Positions 50,077 through 63,662 of a stretch of 64,000 bases of DNA are shown here, in pieces; within the stretch, counting starts at the first letter, position 1, and every line of letters begins with the position of its first letter. The notes under the pieces were generated by a model, which was not told the DNA's origin, did not search any database, and saw nothing but the letters and a program-made list of their open reading frames with translations. This stretch comes from Nemertoderma westbladi. Lineage: Eukaryota > Animalia > Xenacoelomorpha. The stretch covers positions 23,308-87,307 of the forward strand of contig JAUCBJ010000981.1 in the NCBI GenBank assembly GCA_032718475.1. Reading direction: 5' to 3'. A program made the translations under genes and the position numbers.

Positions 50077-52474
50077 AAATCCAAAACACTTTGCTTTTCC
50101 GACTGGTACCTGGTTCCTGACAGATTCCTTGTCAAACCTGAAGCGCTGATAAAATTCAACATCATTGTAGACAGACCTGGAAAGGGTTAAATCTGTCCAA
50201 AATCCGCCGTTTCTCGACGAGATTCATATAATATCAATTGACGAGCCGCCATCCTAATCGTATATGAATGGATTTCCTCTACTATTTTGTTGTGTTAATA
50301 TGGGGGCGAAATAATAGTTAGATTGACGAATAATATAATATATAGAATAAATAGTAAATAAATAATTAGTAATAATTAATAACAAATTTTAATTTAATTA
50401 AATGATTATGATAGGGTTCGATGAAAACAAATTAAATATATTTGTAATCAATCGCAAGTAAAAGTATCCGACCAACAAAAGTGAATTCAGCAGTTAGTGT
50501 AGTTTTTAGGGATATCTAGAGGTCCCTAAGCAAATCGCTCTAAAGTGTTAGTGGCACTAACAGTTAGTGATCTTGGTGGAACAGGCTAGGTCATAAGGGT
50601 GGCTCAGGTTAGTGGCACTAAGCAGTTAGCACTAACACTTAAGTGGTTAGTGAGAGTTGGTGGAACCGGCTGCAGCTCTTACCATTGCACCAAACTCATT
50701 AACCAGTAAGTGTCACTAACTAGTTAGTGCCGGATGCTTAGTGACACTAACCTACCCTACCCTAACAGCTCATCACTGTTGCACCAAATTCACTAGCCAG
50801 TAACTGTCACTAACTACTGTAGTTAGTGCCTGATGCTTATGGATCTCCATACCTCCCTAACCAGCACCGTAAACTACAGTATTTAATAAATAAATTAATA
50901 AATATACAAGGTTTATTTAATATATCTTATTTATTTAATATACCTAATTAATAATACTGGCTGGTGCAACGTTATAAGAAAGTCTCACTAACACCACCAT
51001 AAGCGGTTAATTAGTGGAGCCTGGTGCAACCAGCTGCTGTTCTTTTTAATACTGGCACATCAAGTGCCTCATGCACTCTAACCCGGTTGGCAATGTACAG
51101 TAGATGTTGTTGATACTTTTAATTCCTTGGAAGTTCCAAAGAATTAATAGTTAGTGCTAGAACTTAGCATGTTGTAACAATATGATGTACAACAAAATTA
51201 TAGCTCGTGAAAATAAGTATGAGGCTGTTCAAAAATTTATTTAACTTGTATGGAAGCTATATAGTGGGGTCGCTTAAGGCTGAAATATAGCAAAATCGTT
51301 AATTGCCGGACAAAAGCATGAAAATGTGACTATATATGTAAAAAAATGTGTAGATTAATCTGAGCCTGTGTACCAAAAAAATTGACTACTTCCCTAGCAA
51401 CAGGGTGACTTTCATAGCAACCGTTGTATATTTAATGAAATTATGATTGAAACTTGGGATAAACAACCTGTCTAGCAATAGAAGATGGTTAATAGTGACA
51501 TTTGCGCTGATACACTTTTCCTTGGCAACAGGGTGACCTTTCCCTAGCAACCGCTGTATATTTATTGAAATTTTAATTGAAACTTGGGATAAACAACATG
51601 TCTAGCAATAGAAGATGGTTAATAGTGACATTTGCGCTGATACACGTTTCCTTAGCAACAAGGTGACCTTTCCCTAGCAACTGCCTGCAATTCTGATTGA
51701 ATCTTGGGATCATGTTGGGATAACCAACCTGTATAGCAATATATGCATATATATAGCATATATATAATATATAGCAATACTTTCTGCTGTTATATTTCAC
51801 TTTGCAGTTACTCCCTTGTGAAGTATACCAGGTTTTCACCAAAACCACAGGTTACAGAAGGGCTGAATCAAACCAAAACAATAAACGAATTAGTATATGT
51901 ACAGGTTATAAGACAGAAATAAGCGCTATAAAACACTTAAAAAAGATAGATTTAAAAAAATAAAAAATAGTCATATATAAAATTCCAATAAAAAGTCGAC
52001 CGAAAAGTGAAATCCTGGTATTCTTCACGTGCGGCATGGGCGAATATAAGATTATTAGTAGTTATATTAGAGCTGATTGATATACGTTTCCATAAAAATA
52101 TTTAACTTTATGGGAATAATGTGTGTTTATAAAACTACAGTGTAAAAGTACAGTTAAAAATCCAAAAATATAGCCACGCGCGGAGCTGACCCCATAATAA
52201 TAATAATATAATAATACAATATGGATATATTTCTCTAAAAAATCTGTAAGAACTACTGTACTTCCAACTTCAACAATTTTTTTACTATTTCACTTGCCAG
52301 GCCCAGATGTAATACGGTTTTAGAACATCGTCATGCACTGAAAGGAGGCCAGAGGAACAAGATATCCTTGGCAATAACTTAAATCGTTCTAGAATGTTTC
52401 GCATATAATAAAAACAAACACAGATAAATATAATACCAATAGAAGAAGACCAAGAACTGGGATACTATGTCTCA

Positions 52475-53795
52475 GTGAATAAAACTCACCTAAAGGATGA
52501 CATTATTCAACATTTCAAACAATATAATGTTCAGGTTGTTTCTGATGGGAAAAATGTAATTTTGGTGTTTCCAGAATCGATGAAAGAAATGACCATGGCG
52601 GCATTTTTAGTACATGATGTTGATGCTGATCTATCCATATTGTCAAAAGCTGCAAATCTATGTCGATATCATTTATTGCAACATGAAGTTCCATCATTTT
52701 CTGGCACCTTTTCCGATTCATGCCAAATAGATGGATCTCCTCGTTATCTCCAATTTATAATATCAATGCTCTTGTATGGTTCTGGTATTAACACTGATGC
52801 TGAGATTTCACAGGAAGGACTCACAATTTCTCAGTTAATCACTTATAATTATAAACAATCTAGGACACAGTCAGTTGGAGGTCTCCATGTTCGGCATTGT
52901 ACAAAGAGGGAACCAGCATTACCCCAATATATTGGATTAAAAATTCATAGCACCACCCGGAGCAAAGTATTGATAGACCAAATGCATTCACTTGGGATAT
53001 GTTCATCATATGATCGGATATTGCAAATAGAAAACTCTATTGCATGTACTGTTGCTGAACGAGCACAAATTGATGATATTGTTTGCCCTATCAATTTACG
53101 TAATGGATTATTTACAACTGGAGCATTTGACAATATTGATGTGAATCTATCATCAACCACAGCAAAGTCATCATTTCATGGAACTGGCCTCTCCATCACT
53201 CAATTTCCAAATGAAAATAATGCAGGAGCGGCACGTCATGTTGATGAAGTACGTCTAACTAGAACCACAAAACCAGAACTTCCCACTTCATTTACAGTTG
53301 TCCCTGCATTGAATTTGAATACTTCTGTAAATAGATGTAGAAACATGCTAACAAATCATATTTTTCCACCCGATCTGTTAACAAATGCAATAGAAGACGA
53401 ATAAACTTGGATACATGAGGTTAAGAATCTTCTAGAAAGTGAAATTACCTCAAAAGAGCAAGCAGTTTCATGGGCTGCACATCATGCATCCATGAACAGG
53501 GGCCATGTTTCCAATCCCTCAATAGTATCCATGCTTCCAATGTTTCCCGAGATGTCGGACAACCCAGCTATGGTAATGCATTCTATAAGGATTATTCAGA
53601 AAATTACGGGGTACTTGAATCCGGGTCAAGTACCTGTCATAACATGTGACCAGCCATTATATGCAATATCGAAGTATATACAATGGAACTTCCTTGACGA
53701 ATTTGGAGAAAGTAAGCTAGTATGTATGCTTGGAGACTTCCCTCCCTCCAAGACCAACCGATACTCCCTTCACCAGCAGATTTCGGTTGGGTATT
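52475..53795 (+). pseudogene. Academ transposase fragment
   Basis: GAFDNID..SFHGT and LNPGQVPVITCDQPLY-KYIQW; the sequence then jumps to the C-terminal LPSPADFGW, indicating a deletion; internal stop at 53404. Confidence 0.8.
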
Positions 53796-53811
53796 TACTA
53801 CAGCACTTTGT

Positions 53812-54834
53812 GTCTACTGCTGACGGTGACACAGAACCATTTGAAGTGTTATGGGGCGTCCTCCAAGGAGACACACTTGCACCATTCTTGTTCATTATTG
53901 TGGTTGACTATGTTCTACGCATGTCCTTAGATCATTATAATGATGATGGGGTGATGATAACTCCACCTACTGGCTCCAGAAGTCGAGGAAATCCTGCCAA
54001 GTACCTAACTGATCTAGACTTTGTGATGACTTAGGAGTACTCTCAGAATCATTAGAGGGAGCCCAACGGCTCCTCAGCTCATTAGAACATGCTGCTTCTA
54101 GTGTTGGTCTTTTTATTAACTCCAAAAAGACCAAAATTCTGACAGTTAACTTTGAAAGTCCTCAGCAAGTCTCTGATCGGATGAGCATAAGCTCAAAGGA
54201 TGGTATGCTTGAGCATGTGGACGACTTCTGTTACCTGGGATCATGGATCCGGAAGTCAGGTGAGGACCTTCGAATACGTAAGGGAAAGGCATGGGCAGCC
54301 TTGAATAGGCTTTCCAGGATTTGGAAGTCACCGAGAATTAATCGGAAACTTAAGGTCCGATTATTTAGAGCAGCAGTAGTTCCAGTACTCCTCTATGGGA
54401 GTCCATGCTGGGCTCTAACTGCTGAGGACACCAAATCTCTGGATGGCACATTCACAAGAATGCTACGCCGGGTTCATTGTGTCAAGTACAATGCACACAT
54501 CTCCAACCAGACACTATATAACATTGGAGGTGTCTCATTGGTTCCCCCAAGCTTGACACTAGAACAAAATCGCCTCCACTTTGCAGGACATTGCTTTCGC
54601 CGTGAGGACCAGCCTGTGCATAATCTTGTACTTTGGCAGCCTCATGGAGTGAATAAGCATGGTGGACAGCCCATGACTTTCTTGAGACGCATCTTAAAGG
54701 ACACTGGCCTTGAAGATGCGGATGATCTAGCAAATGTCATGGGTGATAGGGAGTTGTGGCGGTGCAATTTTGTTGACAAGCCGGCACAGCATTCTTAAAA
54801 ATGCCGCTGCAATGCAGCATGCCGATCCTAGTAG
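53812..54834 (+). mobile_element. RTE family A copy inside the Academ element
   Basis: Nearly identical to 17308-18232; TSD TACAGCACTTTGT at 53799 and 54835. Confidence 0.93.
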
Positions 54835-55959
54835 TACAGCACTTTGTAGCACATTTACTACATGCACAGAATTATGCACATGCACTTGCTCTTGTTATTG
54901 ATTACATATGATTCGTATAATTAAAAGAATTGGTATAACTATAATACTAAATAATTTTAATTTACAGTTTTGTGGCTGTGTATTTGATGTATAAACACAT
55001 TATCCTCATAAAAGTATTTTTTAAATATAGATATCACCTTTTGTTTCTATGGAAACGTGCGTCACAGCTCCAATATAACTACTAACCATCTTATATTGCT
55101 ATAAATGCTGTTTATCTCCAGTTCCAATATTAATTACACTAAATTTCAGGCAGTTCCTAGGGAAAGGTCACCTTGTTGCTATGGACACGTGTATCAGCGC
55201 CAATGTTATTACTAACAATCTTATATTGCTAGACAGGTTGATTATCCCAAGTTTCAATCATAATTTCATTAAATATACAACGGTTGCTAGGGAAAGGTCC
55301 CCGGTTATTAAGGAAACGTGTATCAGCGCCTATGTCATCACTAACCATCTTCTATTTCTAGTCAGGTTGATTATCCCAAGTTTCAATCATAATTCCATTA
55401 AATATAGAGCGGTTGCTAGGTAAAGGTCTCCTTGTTGCTATGGAAACGTCTACAGACTTATATTATAAACTAAACCAGTTATATAATCGTAATTTTTGTA
55501 TATGGTGAGTTTCAATAACAGAAATGACCAATTTTACCCGGTTGCTATGTAAAAGTCACTCTGTTGCTAGAGAAGTAGTCAATTTTTTTGGTACACAGGC
55601 TCAGATTAATCTACACATTTTTTTACATATATAGTCATATTTTCATGCTTTTGTCCGGCAATTAACGATTTTCACCTTAAGCGACCCCACTAATACAATG
55701 AATTACTAATTGAATTATTAAGATTAGAAATGAAAACATTTTGCGTGTTAAAATTATGATGCAATACTACAGTATTCCGATTTCACTCACCTCTTGCAAT
55801 ACTACTCCGTTCTTTATACTGTATGCTCATATTTGACGCGAAATAACTTAATTGTTTTATCTTTTATAATAATTTTCCTCCCACATTTTGCGCGTTAAAA
55901 TTACGATGCACGATACACGATTACACACGATACATACGTACCATACACGATTGATATTT

Positions 55960-57540
55960 TCGTAATGATTTACATAATCCCGATTATGTTAGAGTGTGGT
56001 TCACTCGAGTCCGCTTAATGTCACACAGCCTGCAGATCGAAAAGGGTAGATGGAGTAGAACTCCCACCCAAGATCGTGTTTGTGTTTGTGATAAGTCGCT
56101 GTGCAGACTGAGGAACACGTTCTGACTGCTTGTCCTTTATCTGAGTGTATCCGTGATGAATATAGCAAACAATTGAACCTAAAGTCTTTACTACTACTAC
56201 TAGGTCGAGCGAACTCGGACAGTGGAAATGAGATCCTTCCAGGCTTCCCTATTCTCCATAGTTGTCGCAATTTCGTTTCTCCCAAGTTCAGTATCCCTTT
56301 CAAGTTGATCTATATATGTTATGGCAGGTCGTCCACAACTACGCTTTCCATGAGTTGGATGCCAGAGAAGTAGATCTGGTATGACCTCGTCTTTACTTCG
56401 CCTTTTAAGTGCCCACTGAATCTTAATCTGCAAGCACGGAGGGTGGTTGATACAGGTGGTATTGTACCATAAAGCTCGGCGTTTGTCATGTGTTGTCTCC
56501 AGCTGATGTTTAGGGCTGCCCTTAGTAGTCTTGTGTAGCAACCATCAATTCGTTGTTCAAGTGATTTAGTCAGTGTCCAGGTCTCACCCCCGTATAAAAA
56601 TACACTTTCCACTGTGGCTCGAAAGAACTTAGTCTTCAGGTGCCTGGAGAGATCTGATTTCCAGATGGTATCCATTTTTGATAGAGCTACCCAAGCCTTT
56701 GCTTTCCTAACTTCTATGTCCTTTTTGCTACTCTCTATCCATGATCCAAGGTACTGGAAGTCATCGACCTTCCTTAGTTGATTATTATCAATGGTTGTCA
56801 AGTTTCCATCAACATTAAAGGTCATGAATTCGGTCTTGGTAGCATTTATATGCAATCCAACCTCCTTAGCAGCCCTCTCCACTTTATTTAGTAGAAGCTG
56901 TGCATCTGCTAGCGTATTAGAGAGCAGGGCGATGTCATCCGCAAAGTCGGTGTCTGTGACTGTAGTTGCCGGATATCTACTACTTCTGCGTTCCTGAAGC
57001 ATGAATCCCAGATCTTCACCCTTTGTGGCCGTCATCATTGCGTAATCCAGCACAATTACAAATAGTAATGGTGCTAATGTGTCACCTTGCAGTACGCCAG
57101 CCAGGATTGAGAAAAACTCAGTTTCACCATCTGGTGAGAGTACCTGCGCTTCTGTGTCACAATATAACAATCCAATGCCAGCAACAATTACTTCTGGTAT
57201 TCCATAAGTAGTTTCTTTAAGTAGCATTTTCTATGAAAATACCGATAAACTTGAGGTAGTATGTAAATTTATTTCTGATGTTATTGGCCTTTACTAGTTT
57301 AAATTCAATATAATTTTGGTTTCACTTATGTATGACATTGCCTTGTATTACATTGTATATTTATTTATGATTGATTAATTTGTGCATTCTTATATTTATA
57401 TTATGGTGGCTTACTGTATTTTGGTTTCAATCAAGTAGAAAGACATTATTAAGTACAATTTATGGAATGACTGTGCTTGTTACATTACTTAGGTACATGT
57501 TACTGGCTGTTGGGGCGTTTTAACGAATAAATTAATTAAA
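55960..57540 (+). mobile_element. 3' end of an L2/CR1-group LINE, split by an RTE-B copy
   Basis: TRVRLMSHSLQIEKGRW..RVCVC..QTEEHVLTAC before 56190; VVCKFISDVIGLY* after 57209; AATAAA tail at ~57526; limits approximate. Confidence 0.7.
56190..57208 (-). mobile_element. RTE family B, 5'-truncated
   Basis: ORF 56319..57227 with GVLQGDTLAP and DFADD; (TAG)n tail. Confidence 0.93.
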
Positions 57541-58527
57541 GGTGGAGCGAGCCGCAAATCGCTTACTACTACTACTACCACCACCTACAGCCAGGAATAC
57601 AATGGGAATTATATGCAGTCAAGAGCTAACACTGGCCAGTGCCCAGTCCCCATGATAGTGTACCTGTTCAGCTTCAGAGAGGTGCTTTCTTTCCTTCTAT
57701 GGAATATGGGGCCTTAACCCACCACATTATGCACCACATTGATAAGCTAACTTGATCACGTATTTTCATGTGGTCGCAAATATCTTTCAACTAAACTTGA
57801 TAAAGTTTTATTTATGTAGGGATGCCATATATAGTAACTTAAATAAATATAATAAATCCAGTATAGAAGAGAGAAAAGGTATATTATTGCTTAAGTCAAA
57901 TTAATTATCAGTAATATACTGGCAATAGAAACAAGATCGTTATTATTTCTATATTACAAATCGTGATGAAATTTATTGTATGCAATAAAGAATAGTATTT
58001 CGTTGTTTTTAATTAATTTTTAATTTTATTTATTTATTTTATTCGCTTTTAATGTCACCGTTTTTATAGTTTAATTTTAAAGTGTGAACTAATAATGTAA
58101 TTTTATTCGAGTTCAGGATATTAAATGAAAGTAAATACACTTCTTGTTTACTAATAACTTATGTTAACTAATCCATTTTTTGTTTATAACCGCGCCATTT
58201 ACATGAATTATGGTTTATTAGGAAAACATGTAAAACATTATACATTATAAAGGCACAGGTGGAAGGAAGACTAGAGTAACAGCAGTGCACATAACATAGT
58301 TAGCAGTTAGCAGAACCAGCAAGAAAGCATCCTATTAGACGCACGCCACCCACCATACACATATCAGAGTGTACTTCCCATTGAATAATTGACATTTCAT
58401 ATCGCTAGTTGGCTAGCTTTGATGAGCGCCGCTGTCCCATAGGGCTAATGTAAAAATACTCACTCTTGGAAGACGATTTTCTGAGTAGATACACTTGGAA
58501 CCAAATGTCCCAATGTGGGTCCAGGGG

Positions 58528-59148
58528 TGTAAGCGGATTCAATTCCGCCTCATTACCCACCAATAAATGGGATAGCGGCATTTTCAGCAATATGTTGGAG
58601 ATACGAGATTAGCAATATTAATCTCGTATCACAACCAACATTTGGGGGGGGGGGGGGGGGCAACACAAGCCCCGAAGCCACACACAAAGGAAGGTTAGAG
58701 GTCAAACCACCTCGGAGGGGACACAGCTAGTAGAGGCTAGCAACAGGGGGGAAACACTCCCAGAGAGTGAAAGGGTGACAAGTGGGAGATTAGCCAATAA
58801 GGGCAAAGGAGAGCATCCGTTAGGTAACAGGCCAAGGTAGCGTAGGAGTGAGGCAATATTGGTATATCAATCATATATTATCTCCTGCTACCGGTTTGTG
58901 ACTCAGTTTAGTTAATTACTCAGTTAATGCAGACCGGTATCAGTTGTTTACCGTCATCAATCAGACACATACCGGTATCATTATATCTGTGGTTCCACCA
59001 TAACATTATTGTGCTATTATCAAAGAGACAACACCGGACTCTCATTGTTTTCCTATAACGGCTTCGGCCAAGCTACTAGCACCATCCCTGACAGTAGAAC
59101 GGTGACGCGTGAAACATCAACCCGGTCGGGATCTTTGATCCCGTCACA
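58528..59148 (+). mobile_element. Solo LTR of the BEL/Pao-like family
   Basis: tgtaagcgga...gatcccgtcaca; perfect TSD AGGGG at 58523 and 59149; inverse homolog of 2490-3082. Confidence 0.9.
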
Positions 59149-60332
59149 AGGGGAATGGAGGATAATTTAATTCGTACTGGACACCCACCTACGGCTGTAT
59201 TTTGTAGAAATCGCTCTTTTCAATGCGTCAGATGTTCTTAGCTAAACCACCTGGGGGTGTTTCACATAGCTTCATTTAATTTAGCTTAAATGACACGATC
59301 TAAATGACACCTAAATGACAGGAAGTTTTTACGATTCTCGAAACTGTCATTTAAGTGTCATTAAAGACCGCTCTCATTTAACATTAAATTGTACCATTTA
59401 GATAATTAGGTGTCGCTTAGCCTCCTGGTTGCTCATTTTCTTTGTCAGGGCGTTTCTCAGGTCTTGGAGAAGTCGTAGGATCAGCAGTAAGTAATGGTGG
59501 ATCAGCTTCTTCTCGCTTGAGGTGTAGTGATGTCTAGAGTGGTGAGCTCTTCTCTTATGGTAGCGGTTGGGCTAACATTTCATTTTCCATCATCCGTTGT
59601 CGGGTTTGTTTCTGGTTTGTTGGGGGTTTCGGGGTGGTTGTCATCTTTGCATTGTTGTAGGGGTATTGGTTGCGTTAGTTGCTGTTCCCTTTTCTGATTG
59701 CAGTGGATCATTCGGTGGATCATCGTCCTCGTTCTGGGGTGTTTTCTCCAAATCAATTGTTTTACAACGACGAGCGTGTTATATTTCTTAGGGCTAGCTT
59801 TTCCGTTAGCAGTGGCAGCGAATACGTTAATATACTTAAGTAATACCAAAGGATCAAGGGGATCAATGGCGAGTTGTTGCTAGGTTGAGATTCTTTATCA
59901 GTTTTTTTTGGGTTGTGAACCTTCATAGTCTTTTATAGACTCAGGTATTTTGGTAAAGACAATGATGACGACATATGCGATGGTTGTCGCATATCGAGGG
60001 CCCAATGCCAGAATGGTTTTTTAACTCAAAAAAGTTCATTCTGAGATATCCTTGATTAAAGACTTTCAGTGATAAATAAAAATTAGGAAACCAACCGATC
60101 ACATTGAAATTTGGCACAGATGAATACATATATATTACAAGATGAATTTTAATCAATGTAGCCTTTCATCTATAAGTAAAATTATTTTTTTAAAGATTAA
60201 AACGATGTATTTCCAATTAAATGGATTCCATGTATTATTTTATTTAAACCATTTCTGTTTTGGTTTTGATTTATTATTCTTAATAAAATTCGACCAAGGA
60301 AATAGCAAGTGTATAGTAGGGTGTAACAAAAA

Positions 60333-62020
60333 TCACTTTTTAGCTGCTCGTAATAGCTGTTTGCCATAATTTGGATTCCCTTCCCCGATCTTGTACTTCA
60401 CCCAGGTAGATTCAAAGTCAGAGTGAACGGACTCTGATGCCTGTTCGCTCCAATACCCGAGACCTAATTGACGTGGACTGCAGAACTGTGGTGCATGGAA
60501 TAAAACTGCATGGATCTTTGGTGTGATATTAATCCCGAGATCCGGGTAACACCTCCTGAATCTTTCTATGCAATCAACATAATTATCCATTAACTGTAAC
60601 CCATAGCAGGAGATAACAACCTGGTTGAATGCATGGAAGGCAGCAACATATCGATAATGTTGTAGTGGACAAATGCCTTGTAGAGTATCAACAGATTTTA
60701 ATAGTTCGCGGGATGAATTTCCATTAAATGAGCCACCATGGCTAGCTTCACGCTCAATGTACAAAGATTTAGGCCGTTCAATCACACCAGGCCATACTTT
60801 AAGCAATCCATTATATATTGTATTTACGGGTCCTAACATGAGAAGTAACTCTGGGGGTGGTATCACATCAAGGACCATGGTATCTTTGTCACTTATTGGG
60901 ACTGGGGGATGGGCACAGTTTGCAAAGTCTTTGGCCTTCTTTGGATCCTTGGCAGCTTCCTCGTAGAAATCCCAAAAATTATTATCAATATTAGCAAGGG
61001 AACGCATCTTGCCCACCTCACCAAGAGAATCCTTGTGAGTCTCACACCAGGTACAAGGGTAACACGAACTATGAGACATTAGCCCCAAAATAATATTAGC
61101 AAGTTTACGATCTGTGGCTATAATAGGAGTAGGGATAATCTTGGTTACAATCTCATTTAGTTTTAGTTTCATCCAAACTTTGAGCACATTAGTATAGTTT
61201 TCCTGAACATTAGGAGCAATTAACAGGATAAACAGCCGTTTTAGCTCAACATCGATACAGAATACAGATTCTCTTGAAGTTAATTCATAGTTATTCGAAT
61301 TAGCTTCCTTGAAGATAAAGTTTACAGGTGATGAATCAAAGAACTCATTGACTTTGTGGTTTTATATTGCGCAACTTGTCTTCCAAGTAGGTCTCAATAC
61401 AATCTCTGCTGCTAATAGTTGTACGGATGTGGGTTGCTAGGCATAATGTTTGGTTTGAACTCAGGTTCATGTCAACTTGGATACGTGATAAGGCACTTGT
61501 ACTAAACAGTACCTTCTTAACATGATGAACTGGACTAGTCCTTCCTGATCTCATCTTAGCAGCAACAGCAATAGGAAATGACTTACCTGTGCTTGTAGAT
61601 AATGACATCGTTTCTTTGGAAGATGAAGAGGTCAACACCGAATCATCTAGTTTGCCTTTTATTATAGCTGCTGCTAATTTATCCTTAGAAGTAGAAGTAG
61701 GGGTACCAGAACCGGCTATCTGATGTAGATTTTCAATTCTTTTACCCTTAGTGCACTGATGTTGCTTTCCACGGCCAATTACTGTAAGGCAATAGGTACA
61801 TAAGCTCATTGTTGCTGGTTTGAGATGACTACTATCTTTACCTGAAGTGGATTCCACCGGCCTTCCAGTTCCAGGGCGTTGTTTGTGTAAAGTTGGAGTA
61901 TCAGTTGAAACAGAAGAAACAACTGCTGCCTTACAGACTTCACATTTATATCGTTCAGATGATGTCGCTCTTGTAAATGGTGGAAGGGTTCCAATTACAG
62001 AATGATCAGAGTTTAATCCT
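60333..62020 (-). pseudogene. Chapaev/Transib-type (RAG1-core-like) DDE transposase relic
   Basis: TDRKL..ILGL..SCYPCTWC, PPELLLMLG, FNGNSSRELL, ITPKIHAVLFH, GLGYWSEQASESVH; N-terminal CEVC and CTYC-HQC in 61345..61950. Confidence 0.72.
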
Positions 62021-62028
62021 CATCTGGA

Positions 62029-62810
62029 ATAGTCTGAGCCTCAGTGAGGCATAGTCTGAGCCTCAGTGAGGCATAGTCTGAGCCTCAATGCCTCAGTGAT
62101 GCATAGTCTGAGCGTCAGTGAGGCATAGTCTGAGCCTCAGTGCCACAGTGAGGCATAGTCTGAGCCTCAGTGCCACATTGAGGCATAGTCTGAGCCTCAG
62201 TGAAGCATAGTCTGAGCCTCAGTGAGGCATAGTCTGAACCTCAGTGAGGCATAGTCTGAGCCTCAGTGCCTCAGTGAGGCATAGTCTGAGCCTCAGTGCC
62301 TCAGTGAGGCATAGTCTGAGCCTCAGTGAGGCATAGTCTGAGCCTTAGTACCTCAGTGAGGCATAGTGTAGTGTGAGCCTCAGTGAGGCATAGTCTGAGC
62401 CTCAGTAAGGCATAGTTTGGGCCCCAGTGAGGTATAGTCTGAGGCTCAGTGAGGCATAGTCTGAGCCTCAGTGAGGCATAGTCTGAACCTCAGTAAGGCA
62501 TATTCTGTGCCTCAGTGCCTCAGTGAGGCATAGTCTGAGCCTCAGTGAGGCATAGTCTGAGCCTCAGTGCCTCAGTGAGGCATAGTCTGAGCCTCAGTGC
62601 CTCAGTGAGGCATAGTCTGAGCCTCAGTGAGGCATAGTCTGAGCCTTAGTGCCTCAGTGAGGCATAGTCTGAGCCTCAGTAAGGCATAGTTTGGACCCCA
62701 GTGAGGTATAGTCTGAGGCTCAGTCAGGCATAGTCTGAGCGTCAGTGCCTCCGTGAGGCACATAGTCTGAGCCTCAGTGAAGCATAGTCGGAGCCTCAGG
62801 GAGGCATAGT
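62029..62810. repeat. 22-bp dyad-symmetric minisatellite with 30-bp variants
   Basis: atagtctgagcctcagtgaggc with an optional extra gcctcagt. Confidence 0.95.
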
Positions 62811-63662
62811 TTGATAGTCACATTAGTATAGTTTTCCTGAACATTAGGAGCAATTAACAGGATAAACAGCCGTTTTAGCTCAACATCGATACAGAATACA
62901 GATTCTCTTGAAGTTAATTCATAGTTATTCGAATTAGCTTCCTTGAAGATAAAGTTTACAGGTGATGAATCAAAGAACTCATCGACTTTGTGGTTTTATA
63001 TTGCGCAACTTGTCTTCCAAGTAGGTCTCAATACAATCTCTGCTGCTAATAGTTGTACGGATGTGGGTTGCTAGGCATAATGTTTGGTTTGAACTCAGGT
63101 TCATGTCAACTTGGATACGTGATAAGGCACTTGTACTAAACAGTACCTTCTTAACATGATGAACTGGACTAGTCCTTCCTGATCTCATCTTAGCAGCAAC
63201 AGCAATAGGAAATGACTTACCTGTGCTTGTAGATAATGACATCGTTTCTTTGGAAGATGAAGAGGTCAACACCGAATCATCTAGTTTGCCTTTTATTATA
63301 GCTGCTGCTAATTTATCCTTAGAAGTAGAAGTAGGGGTACCAGAACCGGCTATCTGATGTAGATTTTCAATTATTTTACCCTTAGTGCACTGATGTTGCT
63401 TTCCACGGCCAATTACTGTAAGGCAATAGGTACATAAGCTCATTGTTGCTAGTTTGAGATGACTACTATCTTTACCTGAAGTGGATTCCACCGGCCTTCC
63501 AGTTCCAGGGCGTTGTTTGTGTAAAGTTGGAGTATCAGTTGAAACAGAAGAAACAACTGCTGCCTTACAGACTTCACATTTATATCGTTCAGATGATGTC
63601 GCTCTTGTAAATGGTGGAAGGGTTCCAATTACAGAATGATCAGAGTTTAATCCTCATCTGGA

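Larger units (their letters stand above)
48582..50672. mobile_element. Internally deleted two-gene PIF/Harbinger transposon
   Basis: TIRs cagccggttccaccaactc and gagttggtggaaccggctg; flanks CTG/CAG; inserted within a repeat unit (ctaacagctctt). Confidence 0.88.
47473..51036. mobile_element. Non-autonomous PIF/Harbinger element carrying an 83-bp satellite
   Basis: TIRs cagccagttgcaccaagctccacta and tagtggagcctggtgcaaccagctg; TSD CTG at 47470 and 51037. Confidence 0.8.
51262..55692 (+). mobile_element. Academ DNA transposon, internally deleted
   Basis: TIRs several hundred bp long, starting TAGTGGGGTCGCTTAAGG and ending CCTTAAGCGACCCCACTA; TSD ATA at 51259 and 55693. Confidence 0.88.

Noticed and set aside
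53492-54034. Transposase-RT fusion protein
   Set aside because: Chance in-frame read-through from the deleted Academ element into an RTE insertion bounded by a 13-bp TSD
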